Part shown: positions 1-10,665 of the stretch, piece after piece
Position numbering within the stretch: the first letter of the stretch is position 1
Layout: every line of letters starts with the position of its first letter
Assembly: GCF_001194135.2 (NCBI RefSeq)
Contig: NC_068984.1
Location: 37,381,831 to 37,416,554 of the forward strand
Length of the DNA: 34,724 bases
Reading direction: 5' to 3'
Source: Octopus bimaculoides
Lineage: Eukaryota
The notes under the pieces: model-generated
Seen by the model: only the letters and a program-made list of their open reading frames with translations
Database searches by the model: none
What the model was told of the DNA's origin: nothing
Position numbers and translations under genes: made by a program

Positions 1-37
1 AAGAAGCAAAAGGACAGAATGAAGCGTTGGACCTTAC

Positions 38-190
38 CTTGCCGACCGCAGCGGGGTACACGATCGCTCCTAATCAGAACACGTCTTTCTCGTAACGTCG
101 CTGTTTTCTCACTGGCCCCACGTGCTAGCCTTCGACCGACGTGTTGCCGACTTCCGATCTAACCCTTCCGGTTTGGCCCTTCCGGTCTGG
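38..190 (-). promoter_or_regulatory. Putative CpG-rich promoter and non-coding first exon of a gene running leftward out of the window
   Basis: Bases 1-200 are far more GC/CpG-rich than the rest of the window. Three ETS-type CGGAAG cores on the - strand (150-157, 164-171, 178-185), a CACGTG E-box at 119-124, and a strong 5' splice donor AAG|GTAAGG on the - strand (exon ends at 38). No ATG between 150 and 38 on the - strand. Confidence 0.5.
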
Positions 191-254
191 CTTCACCTCT
201 GTTTGCCTCACCCCTCTCCACCACAACACATAGTTCGTCACAGCCCATAACACC

Positions 255-350
255 ACACATACCAACACCGATTGTCAAGCGGTGATGGAGGACAGGTACA
301 AGCAAACACACACACACACACACACACATACACACACACACATATATATA
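255..350 (-). mobile_element. SINE internal/3' fragment (same family as 8641-9038), running into a gap
   Basis: accaacaccgattgtcaagcggtgatggaggaca (261-294) followed by a CA tract matches 8788-8830 and 9271-9310. Confidence 0.65.
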
Positions 351-536
351 NNNNNNNNNNNNNNNNNNNNNNNNNNNNNNNNNNNNNNNNNNNNNNNNNN
401 NNNNNNNNNNNNNNNNNNNNNNNNNNNNNNNNNNNNNNNNNNNNNNNNNNNNNNNNNNNNNNNNNNNNNNNNNNNNNNNNNNNNNNNNNNNNNNNNNNNN
501 NNNNNNNNNNNNNNNNNNNNNNNNNNNNNNNNNNNN
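351..536. other. Assembly gap (N)
   Basis: Run of N flanked by microsatellite. Confidence 0.99.
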
Positions 537-724
537 ATATATATATATTACATTATGCTTTATATTTTAATTTTGCAGAGCACAAATACTTCCATCGTCA
601 CTGGGTATGTCTTAAGATAAAAAATAATAGAACCCATCACACCTGATTCTCAGATAGCACTCACTTTTTATTGAATTAAGGCGGAATATGATTTTAAACT
701 ATACAGTCTATGGACAGATTCTGA

Positions 725-1200
725 AGAAATATTATTTGCCTGGTTTAAACAGGTATAACCAACTGTATTAATCGAATGAAACAGCCAATAATTGACGAGT
801 GTTTCCTGGAAGCATTGAGTTCAACCACATCATTCACTTTCCAGTGCAGCTTCTGCTCAAACACATACTAAAACAAAATTTCAGTGACACTCCAACGATT
901 CAATTTGGGCATAAGATATCAGATATCCTTTCTCTTGTGAAATGAAGAATATTTTATATAACAGTCTTATGCTGTTGCGGAAAATTATCATACGGTTAGC
1001 ATTCCTAAATAATAAGGCTGTAAAACAACAAGGCAGGTAAAAGCGAGTTCAGTCATAAAATATAAATGGAAGTAGATGTTTATTTACGTTTACTATTTAT
1101 CAGTTGTTTCTTTCTCTCTTTCCGATTATAATCACATCCTGCCTTTCTCTGGGGATTAGGTTAGATTTCAACACGTGACTGACGAAGTTTGAAATTGAGG
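725..1200. repeat. Diverged direct duplicate, copy A (partner 2660-3135)
   Basis: Colinear blocks shared with copy B, e.g. catcattcactttccagtgcagcttctgctcaaaca / catcattcgctttccaatgcagcttccgctcaaaca, ccaacgattcaatttg, tataaatggaagtagatgtttattt, ggattaggttag. Offset about 1.94 kb; roughly three-quarters identical by eye. Confidence 0.88.
881..1148 (-). pseudogene. Possible decayed paralogue of the 2822-3086 reading frame
   Basis: Aligns to copy B as ..ERQDVIIIGK..INIYFHLYFMTELAFTCLVVLQ/ALLFRNANRMIIFRNSIRLLYKIFFISQEKGYLISYAQIESLECH*, but needs three 1-nt deletions to stay in frame. Confidence 0.22.
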
Positions 1201-1656
1201 AACGAAACAATAGGTGAATAAAGTAAAGGTAAACACACGGGCACAGATGCAAGAAAAGAATGAGAAAAATAGGTAAAGGGTGAAATAAAATCCAAGCAAA
1301 AAAAAAAAATAGAGAAAAACATGGAAAGGAAAAAGTATAAAATGAAAGAATGTATTGGTAAAAAAAGAACAGAAATAATAATCGGAGAATCTGGATGGAT
1401 TTTCAAGGATAAAAACGTTACTAAAACTTCCAGGAAATATTTCTTTGGATTATCTTCTTCCATTCCTGATTTACCTATTTTGTATTCACAAAGATAGATG
1501 CACCAGCAAATGATTAACTATCGAAAAATCCTCTAGATGCATTTTCATAAATATATAAACAAGCTGTCTTGAACACATATAACAAGTGAAAATACGTACT
1601 CACGTACAAATATATAGATATGTATACGGTTAATATGCATACATAAACGTGTATTT

Positions 1657-1705
1657 GTGTATATGTGTGTGTATGTGTGTGTATGTGTGTGCATGTATGT
1701 ATATG

Positions 1706-1750
<45 letters not shown>

Positions 1751-1760
1751 ATACGCACAC
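1657..1760. repeat. Compound (TG)n/(TA)n/(TATG)n microsatellite
   Basis: Direct reading. Confidence 0.95.
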
Positions 1761-2659
1761 ACATTCACTTACATATAAACACATGAACATATTCATACGC
1801 GAATCTGAAGTCAGAGAAAATAGTTTAATCGTGTGCAGGATGGCTTGCAGAAATCTGAAGCAAATATTCTCTTTATATGAAACAAAAAGCTCACAGCATC
1901 AATGGTTAGAATCTTGAGACAGTGATTCGAAAACTTCAGGATCGGAAAGCTGCAATGAACTACATGAACTTCTGAAACAGGTACAAAAACATGACTTGTT
2001 ATAGGAGATATCTTTTGAATTTTATCAACAATCTCTCAGTGGGGGCACAAATATACCAACATGGTTAGCGATGGCAGAAATAAAAATGATACTCCAAAAC
2101 AATGCCACTCATATGACGAAAACCCAGAGACAAATTGAGTACGTTTTATACATGAAATTCTGTCTGAAACTATTCCTACAAGATCAGTGTTATATTAATA
2201 TCATTATGACTGGGAAGAAACGTCATCCAACAATATGTGTACATGTGTATGCATGCAAGTATGTATGCGCGGTTACGTGGAAATACCTGGGGTTATGTCC
2301 TGGCGCGCGGTTAGCCCACTGGGAGTGGGATGCCCTTCTATTTTTCTCACAACATCTCTCTAGGAGGAGGAAACTCTGAGAGAAAATCTGCTACTCTGAC
2401 AATATTCGATGATGTAGATTAGTTTTTTTCGAGTTTATGTTGTCTATGTTCAGAGAGTGGAATCCTTTCCACACTATAAAAAAAATCATCATTCACAGGC
2501 ATCGCTTGAACAGAAACTCCTATCACAAAAATGTCTGGTTGTAGCCTTCGAACGTGCTGGACTTTCGATCAGGCGATGGTAGTACTCGAACACGAGTTCG
2601 CAGCCATCACGTATGTATGCATTGTATACATATCGATGCACATAATAGTACTTTTGCAA

Positions 2660-3135
2660 AACAAATGATGTATATCTCGTTTAAATTGATATAATCCAGT
2701 ATATTGATCGAAATATTCTGTATGTAGTTGATGAACGTTTCAGTGTTAATGCCATGTTGTTCAACACCATCATTCGCTTTCCAATGCAGCTTCCGCTCAA
2801 ACAAACACTAAAGACAAAATCTCAGTGACATACCAACGATTCAATTTGAGTGTTAGATATCATGTTCTTTTGAGGTATGCAGTATATTCTATATAACAAA
2901 CTTATGCTGTAGCGGAAAATTACCATATGATTAGCATTTCTAAACAATAAGGATTGCAAAACAACAGGGCCATTAAATTCGAGGTCAATCTTAAAGTATA
3001 AATGGAAGTAGATGTTTATTTCAAATTTAGAAGTTATGATTTGTTTCTTTAGCTGTTTGCCCATTATGATCACATTCTGCGTTTCTCTATGGATTAGGTT
3101 AGTGTTCGGTACGTGACAGAAAGTTTAAAGTAAAG
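2660..3135. repeat. Diverged direct duplicate, copy B (partner 725-1200)
   Basis: See copy A. Confidence 0.88.
2822..3086 (-). CDS. Putative terminal coding exon or TE/viral-derived frame of unknown product
   Basis: Uninterrupted frame ETQNVIIMGKQLKKQIITSKFEINIYFHLYFKIDLEFNGPVVLQSLLFRNANHMVIFRYSISLLYRIYCIPQKNMISNTQIESLVCH*. Preceded on the - strand by CTAAC..YAG in both copies. Many differences from copy A are synonymous or conservative in this frame. Confidence 0.25.
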
Positions 3136-3230
3136 ATTGAAATAAAGATGAATAAAATAAAGCATTTATCAAGGATACAGAAGTAAGAAAACATTGAGAT
3201 TTCAACATGTAATTGAGGAAGTTGGAAGTA

Positions 3231-3234
<4 letters not shown>

Positions 3235-3261
<27 letters not shown>

Positions 3262-3341
3262 AAGAGAGAGAGAGAAAGAGAGAGAGAGAAAGAGAGAGGG
3301 AGAAAAAGAGAGAGAGAGAAAAGGAGAGAGAGAGATATACA

Positions 3342-3374
<33 letters not shown>

Positions 3375-3437
3375 GTATGTATGTATATATGCATATATAT
3401 ATATATATAAATGTATATATTTATATGTATGTATGTA

Positions 3438-3472
<35 letters not shown>

Positions 3473-3605
3473 TCATACATACATACATGTAAATATATAC
3501 ATGTATATATATATATATGCATATATACATACATACATATATATATGTATGCATGTATGTATGTATGTATGTATGTATCGATCTATCTATCTATCTATCT
3601 ATCTT

Positions 3606-3682
<77 letters not shown>
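3235..3682. repeat. Large compound microsatellite: (GATA)n, (GA)n, (CATA)n, (TATG)n, (TATC)n, (TA)n
   Basis: Direct reading. Confidence 0.97.
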
Positions 3683-3683
<1 letters not shown>

Positions 3684-4270
3684 GGAAGGGGTGTAAGAAA
3701 CAGAAACAATGAAGAATCAGAGAACGTAAGACAGCAGGAGTCAGAATTTATTTTTAAAATATATCCACGCTCATTCTCTAACATTTAACTTTACACAAAA
3801 CGTTTGTATTTTTCTTTATATTTTCATTTTCATTTTTATTTTTACTTATTTCTTAGTCTTATTGACCTATCACAAACTACCGATAGTCACCTCAATGTGT
3901 AACTCTCTTTTCGTATTTATATCTTTGTGTCGTAAATGTACTTTCATAAGTATCACGTGTTAATTCTATTCCAGCGTGTTTCAGTCTTGCAATTGCTTTT
4001 TGTTTTGATTTTCTTTTGGTGGGTGGGTACTGTTCTGCTTCATAATAATAAGTATGTAAGGTATTTTATGTGAGTGACATGATACGAACTCAGCTTCTGA
4101 GGCTGGGAGGCCAACACGTTTATATATTCACAAGTGAGTTTATCTAAAATATCACGCATTTTTCTCTCTTTCTGTGCTTCTCCCCTTTTCATTTTCTCCC
4201 TCTAACCCTCTCATTCTCACTCTTCCTTTCTCTCTCTCCCTCTCTCTCCCTCACTCTCTCTCTCTCCGAA

Positions 4271-4316
<46 letters not shown>

Positions 4317-4659
4317 NNNNNNNNNNNNNNNNNNNNNNNNNNNNNNNNNNNNNNNNNNNNNNNNNNNNNNNNNNNNNNNNNNNNNNNNNNNNNNNNNNNN
4401 NNNNNNNNNNNNNNNNNNNNNNNNNNNNNNNNNNNNNNNNNNNNNNNNNNNNNNNNNNNNNNNNNNNNNNNNNNNNNNNNNNNNNNNNNNNNNNNNNNNN
4501 NNNNNNNNNNNNNNNNNNNNNNNNNNNNNNNNNNNNNNNNNNNNNNNNNNNNNNNNNNNNNNNNNNNNNNNNNNNNNNNNNNNNNNNNNNNNNNNNNNNN
4601 NNNNNNNNNNNNNNNNNNNNNNNNNNNNNNNNNNNNNNNNNNNNNNNNNNNNNNNNNNN
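4317..4659. other. Assembly gap (N) inside a (TA)n tract
   Basis: Run of N flanked by TA repeats. Confidence 0.99.
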
Positions 4660-5451
4660 TATATATATATATATATTATATATACATGTATACTTTCATA
4701 TATTTAGAATGTTGTATACATGATTTATTACACAAGTTATTAACACGTTGGAAGTGAAATAATATAATAATGACAATACAATAAACCAAAAACACAAACC
4801 TAAGAGCAAAATGCTGTTGATTTTAATTGAAGTTCTTATTTCTGCTTAGAACTGCATTATGCATTTAATCATTTACACACTGTCCGTTTTATATTTCAAG
4901 TCATATTTAGGTTATTTCTTTCACTCTAAACATTCATATTTCGACATGATTTCAGAAATATTTGTCGACAGCACTTGAGAACTGTTAAGCCTGTGAATGT
5001 AGGATTAACATTTTATGTGACCAAAGTGAGAGCATTTACTATCAATTTGTTAATACTCTCAAGTCATCTGTCAGAATTGTTTAACACCTCCTATTGTTGA
5101 TAAGCCCTATTCTGTTGGTATCAATCATTCACACTGTAGAAAGATGGCTTAGGAAAGCTTTAGAGAACGGGAACAGTGTAATGTGTTCTTGTTTCCACAT
5201 CAATCAAACCTAAAATATTTAAATGACACACAATATAAGGATTACTAAATCTTAATTCGATTTTAATATTCGATGTGAGTACAACACAATAGCTACTGTT
5301 CAGACACATTTTGTCACTTCATCTAAGTAGCATAGAATGGACATCACGCGGGCGACATTTGTACAATCATCAGTAATCGTGATAGATATGAATGCCACTT
5401 CAGTTGTAAATTGTCAGAAAACGTGATATGAATTCTTGTAAACACATAAAA

Positions 5452-5464
5452 TCATATATGTGTG

Positions 5465-5523
<59 letters not shown>

Positions 5524-5544
5524 GTGTGTGTGTGTGTATGTATG

Positions 5545-5592
<48 letters not shown>
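5452..5592. repeat. Alternating (TA)n/(TG)n microsatellite
   Basis: Direct reading. Confidence 0.95.
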
Positions 5593-5598
<6 letters not shown>

Positions 5599-5809
5599 GC
5601 CTAAGTGTCTGTAAGTTTCTCTTTGTATGTAATATCTGTTTACCATATATTTTTGTAATAGGAATACCCTTGAGACACTAGAAGGTAGGTGGGGTGCTGA
5701 TAAACTGGCAGAATAATAAATTAACTTTCGTAAAGTGATTAGCTCATTAGGTGCTAATAACTTGATCCTTGACTTATAGACAAAGTTTACGTGGGTTTAC
5801 ATAAACATA

Positions 5810-5815
5810 TATATG

Positions 5816-5863
<48 letters not shown>

Positions 5864-5900
5864 TGTATGTGTGTATGTGTGCGTGTGTGTGTGTGTGTGC
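5810..5900. repeat. (TA)n-(TATG)n-(TG)n microsatellite
   Basis: Direct reading. Confidence 0.95.
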
Positions 5901-7148
5901 AATTTTTTTCGTATGTGCTTTCCGCTACTAAAAGTGATGGGAGGGATTTCCCTTTCAATTTTCACAGCTTTGTTTTAAAATTTTGTCCCAGATTTATATA
6001 TTCATAACAGCCACAAGAATATCTATAGCTAAGTACACATACACAGCCTGGTTGTTAATTAACACATTTTATTGAATTATTATGATACATACACAAATTC
6101 GATTAGGTCGCATTCTGCTCGTCTTATTATAAATATAGCTAAGTGAATACGATGGTGACATGTTGGACATTTCTGAAAAAATATTAAAAAAGATGAAATA
6201 GATTAGTTTTAAGAATTTTTTTAGTGAAGGAACAATGGTCATTGTCTTGATGTTTTCGAAAACTTGGTATAGTCAAGTATGCAGTATGCACAACATCCAT
6301 TCGATTGCGTAATATATTTCGCAATTCTCAAGTCATCAGGCTTACCAAATAATGAAGCGAGCAATGACACGTTGATTAATCAACAGATTGTCAACAAGTG
6401 AAATCCCTAATGAGAATTACTAGCATTAAAGAAATGTAGTGTGGGTCCGTCTAAAATCTGTCAATCACGAAAGTGATTAGCAGAACTGAGTTGTTAATTA
6501 AAGTTGGTTTTCCTATTCTAAATATGCTATTAAACACAGCAACCTCGCATCCAAAGGTTGGTACTGGTAAGACATGCATGTATACCGTCTTAAAACAGTT
6601 GTTGGCTTTGTTTTTAAAAAAAAACACGTTTACTGTGTTATATTGGTTAGTATATTAAAGAGTGGCATGGTTAACAATTTTCAACATTATCATTCATTTA
6701 CTGGATACATCTTGATTAAAGTTTTTCGATTAATAATTGCAGAATTAATAGCTAATTAGCTAATTATAATACAGGGAAAATAAGGAAAGGCACATACTGT
6801 CGAAGATCTCTGCGAAATATGAAATTAGGGAAGAGGGGAAAGAGGAGAAGGAAATGGGACAGAAATAACTCGTGTATAGAGATGGGCGTAGTCACAGTGC
6901 TAGCAACCATAGCCTGTAAATACTTAAATATAAATACTCAATATACCAAACAACAATGAACCTCACTTCATCGATGCATTCCCTGCAACGATGAATGATT
7001 ATTTAACTATCCGATCTACGTCATTCTGTCCTGTTAATAACTGTCGCGTACTTCGCTTTCATATGCCCCGAACCTTTATGGAGAATTCAGAATACAGAAA
7101 ATGGCTTTCTTACAGGTTCGTATATGCCTCAACCATATTTGTGCTGTT

Positions 7149-7227
7149 TATGTATGTATGTATGTATGTATGTATGTATGTATGTATGTATGTATGTATG
7201 CATATGTTGTGTGTGCGTGTGTGTGTG

Positions 7228-7258
<31 letters not shown>
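7149..7258. repeat. (TATG)n-(TG)n microsatellite
   Basis: Direct reading. Confidence 0.95.
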
Positions 7259-8239
7259 AGGCGGTACTACATTTTAGAATTTTCTAGTTCTTTACACAAA
7301 GATCTAACTCAAACTTTAAGGAAAATGTTATTAGACTTCATTACGTCATTTTCTGAATCAAAATACATATAAAATATACACCACATTAAAATACTGCTGG
7401 ATTTGTTATGCCTGTTTGATAATAAAGAAATTAACTTGTAAATGCTTTCATATCTTTCTATCCGTGAAACCGCAACTCATCATAACTACAGCGTGTGTAA
7501 CACGTACAGAAACGCAGTGTTTTCAAATTGAATTACAGCTGCAATCGCGATTTCTAATTAATGGCAATACTCGGTAAATGGAAGCTATGTTACTCAACTA
7601 CAGAAGGTAATTTCTGCTGATGTAAATTTATGGCCAACCAGCATTTTTCATTGCCGTTATACTTTAACCACAGACTATGACAAAAGTGTTTCGAGCCGTG
7701 ATCATATCACTTCTCTTTAAAACTAATGTATTTAGGACTAAATAGTCTCTATTTTTACTGATGAAGAGCAAGCTGCTATTTCCAGTCTATCATTTATTCG
7801 TATCAGTACGAGACTGTGAAAGAGTGAAAGTGCATATTCTCTTACTCTGAGAATAAATTATTTAGAGACAGTATTCGCATGGAAAACAACAGTTAAGTAT
7901 TCGCATGGACAACAACATGGAAAACAACGAAATTGAATGTAAATAGCATTAAGAAGCTCAGTAAAAAATACTAAGCTATGACGAAAACATGACTCTACCT
8001 CCTACACTTTCAGAAAAAGTAATGAAAACATTTACTTTTCTTTAAATAATATTAGTTTTCCTCTCTACGTAATTATTTCTACTAAGCCTATTAATGCTCT
8101 CTGTAATAAATAAGTTAACACTAACTGATCTATGTTTTTTTTTTTTTTTTACACAAATGGAGTCTTTCAAAGTATTTGTTCTTTGCACAACTTTTAAACG
8201 CCAACTAATCTGCAATTGTGTACATTAACTAAATTCATC

Positions 8240-8520
8240 ACTACGTAATGCATTCACTACAAAAATTTAGTTTATCACTATTTCAGTAACTATGATAAAG
8301 TGTTCCATTCATGAAATTGAAACAATACTGAATCTTGTCTAAAATTACCTCCCCATTCGCTCCAAGAAATTAATTAATATTGAGTTTGTTTTTGCACACC
8401 GCATAATTTCCATTTAGTGTTTTGATGATCTTTGCATTTAACTATCTTAACACTAACTTATATGAAAGTTGTTTCCATATCCTATCACCTCATCTAGTAT
8501 CTCCAGGGTTTATTCACATT
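8240..8520 (-). mobile_element. Possible highly decayed LINE AP-endonuclease fragment
   Basis: The - strand reads LVLR*LNAKIIKTLNGNY...FLGANGEVILDK...YHSY*NSDKTK, echoing the GD(F/L)NAKIG...NG..LLD...TY motifs of APE-type LINE endonucleases. The catalytic GD is not preserved. Confidence 0.3.
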
Positions 8521-8640
8521 CAATACTTCAAGTCTTTTTAGATATCCCTTACGAAAGTTGCAATTGATACGTACACACATACGCAAACGCGAGCGCACAC
8601 ACACAAACAAACATACACAAAGATGTATATTTATTTTACT

Positions 8641-9038
8641 TTTTCTTTTACTTCTTTCAGTCATTTATTGCGGCCATGCTGGAACATTGCCTTTTAGTCG
8701 AACAAATCAACCGCATTTTTTGTAATCCTAGTACTTATTCTATCGGTCTGTTTTGCCGAACCGCTATTGTTACGGGGACATAAATTCACCAACATCGGTT
8801 GTCAAGTGACGGTGGTGGGGAGGACAAACAGGCACAAAGACACGCAATACATAAATATATATATACATATATATACGACGGGCTTCTTGCAGTTTGCGTC
8901 TACCAAATCAATTCACAAGGCTTTGGTCGGCCCGAAGCTATAACAGAAGAAACTTTCCCAAGGTGCCACGCAATGTGACTGAACCCAGAAACATGTGCTT
9001 AGGAAGCAAGCTTCTTACCACACAGCCAAGCCTGTGCC
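8641..9038 (-). mobile_element. Full-length tRNA-derived SINE with CORE-like central segment and internal TA microsatellite (octopus OR-type/CORE-SINE-like)
   Basis: On the - strand: head GGCACAGGCTTGGCTGTGTGGT (A box 9017-9028), B box GGGTTCAGTCAC (8975-8986), CORE-like CCTTGGGAAAG (8953-8963), internal (TA/CATA) tract at about 8850-8875, and tail ..CCAGCATGGCCGCAATAAATGACTGAAAGAAGTAAAAGAAAA. Several homologous copies in the window. Confidence 0.9.
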
Positions 9039-9077
9039 TCATATATATATATATATATGTATATATATATGTATATA

Positions 9078-9110
<33 letters not shown>

Positions 9111-9114
9111 TACC

Positions 9115-9390
9115 ATTTTACCTGTTTCAGTAAATGACTGTGGCTATGCTGGAGTACTGACTTCAAATGTATTAGTCGAAGAAATCGACCCCAGTCGTTA
9201 CTTTTTGAAGCCTAGTACTTATCCTAACGGTCTTTTGCGATGACCTAATAAGGTATGCTGACGTAAACGAACCAACACCGTTTGTGAAATGGTCGTGGGG
9301 TGCAAAGACAAATGCACATGAACATATACACAACACACACAAGCAGACACACGAACACAGACACATCACACATACATATGTTTATATATA
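9115..9390 (-). mobile_element. SINE 3' half (left part of the SINE split by the maT insertion)
   Basis: Colinear with 8645-8860 (tttta c.tgtttcagt..atgactg.ggc.atgctgga...cctagtactta...accaacaccg). Confidence 0.85.
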
Positions 9391-10665
9391 CAGAGTGCGA
9401 TAGGTAAATTGTCGCCATTTTATCTTTTTAATTACGTACATGTGCATTGTATGTTTATGATTTTGTCGAATAAATAGTATAGCAGGGTCAGTTGGCCTTT
9501 GTCTGTGAGAAAAACAGCACCATGACACAATTCACTCGGCCAGAAATTTGGAAACGACATGCTGTGCTGCCTGGTATTCCCGCCAGAAAATCCAATACAA
9601 GCATTTCAGAGTGTTTGGGTGTCAATCTGAGGACAGTGCAATAGAGTGGGAGAGTTGGATGAATCTAATGGTGACTATTAAGATGCGGCAGCTCGGAAAA
9701 CTCACTCTGGTCGTTCCAATAAGAAAAGAACTCCTGAATTTGTTGGTGAGATCCAGGCCATGATTGACAACGATCCCTCCAAGTCGATCAGGTCTATTAC
9801 CAGTGACGTGAGAGCGCTTGAGTTTCTTACCTGGCAGGTAGTCCATGACGACATTCAGTATTCTTCATACAAGATGAGAAAGGGCCGATTTGTATGCCAA
9901 GCTATCAAAGACAAGAGAAAAGACTGCGCTACGAAGCTTTTAAACACACTCAAGCATCCCCTCCAATCGAACATGCTTTGATTTTTCTTATATGGTGAAC
10001 ACACAGAACAAACTTTGGCTTGCTGTGTCCCCAAAACGTCTATCGAGAGTGATAAAAATCAAACATCCAGTCAACATCATAGTGTTTGGAGTGATCACTA
10101 ATGATGGCGAGGTTATGCCTCCATTCATCTTCCCGCATGGCCTCAGACTCAACATGGAGGCCTACATCAAGTGCCTGGAGGAGGTAGTGCTGCACTGGGT
10201 CAACAGGGTGGCTGCTGGAACACCCTATGTCTGGCAACAGGACTCTGCATTTTGCCATACAAGCAAGAGAACTCAATCATGGCTGTCAGACAATTTCTGC
10301 GACCACATCACCCCTAACATCTGGCCACCTAACACTCCAGATTGCAACCCCCTTAATTATTATGTGTGGGGCGCAGTTGAGCGAGAGAGCAACAAAACTC
10401 CTTGTAAGACCAAAGATGAACTGAAGACAAGGATTATAGCAGCATTCCCCAACTTAAACAAGGAGACCGTCCAGAAGAGTTGCAGGAAATTCTAAAGTTG
10501 TCCGGAGGCCGTGGTTAAAGCCAATGGCGATTTTATTGACAAATTTCATTCTTTAGCATTTCAAAATATTTTTATGCAATTTGCTAAATATATCTGTTAA
10601 AATGAGATGCCACTGTTATATTCATTTTTTCGTAATTTAGACGATAATTTATTCATCGCATCCTG
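9391..10665 (+). mobile_element. Tc1/mariner DNA transposon, DD37D (maT/mori) family, full length (1275 bp), defective
   Basis: Imperfect TIRs CAGAGTGCGATAGGTAAATTGTCGCC (9391-) and the reverse complement CAGGATGCGATGAATAAATTATCGTC (-10665). TA on both sides. Transposase motifs QQDSA and WPPNTPDCNPLNYYVW with 37 residues between the second and third catalytic positions. Confidence 0.95.
9522..10540 (+). pseudogene. Disrupted maT (DD37D) transposase
   Basis: ATG at 9522 (MTQFTRPEIWKRHAVL..ISECLGVNLRTVQ*). Frameshifted segments cover ORFs 9760-9981 and 9992-10495. The first catalytic D (FSDE motif) is absent at about 9980-9992, the third D reads N (AAT), and there is a premature TAA at 10493-10495 before ..EAVVKANGDFID. 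Confidence 0.9.

Noticed and set aside
760-883. Shared in-frame TGA codons after QIESLxCH in both duplicate copies, suggesting TGA=Trp (NUMT) or selenocysteine
   Set aside because: The peptide resembles no mitochondrial protein I know. Several apparently synonymous changes here are CpG transitions, and no SECIS is evident.
2071-2520. Faint mariner-like words (IIMTG, FMLSMF, KKIIIH)
   Set aside because: Motifs are too degenerate and wrongly spaced, with no TIRs; cannot be distinguished from chance.
6950-7140. Possible small exon near ctttcttacag/gttcgt
   Set aside because: The signals can be read as donor or acceptor on either strand, with no recognisable peptide; unsupported without RNA data.
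159-7372. Many ORF-track entries rich in YI, HT, CV, MYVC or LS repeats (e.g. 1514-1796, 3099-3788, 5452-6007, 6991-7372; also 28285-28638 and 29556-29909)
   Set aside because: They are translations of TA/CA/CATA/GA microsatellites, which lack stop codons in some frames; not genes.
7870-7930. Local duplication of agtattcgcatgga(a/c)aacaac
   Set aside because: Simple slippage duplication with no further structure.
9992-10495. 167-aa ORF as a functional or domesticated transposase
   Set aside because: It lacks the DNA-binding domain and first catalytic D, has D-to-N at the third position and a premature stop; an ordinary decayed TE.
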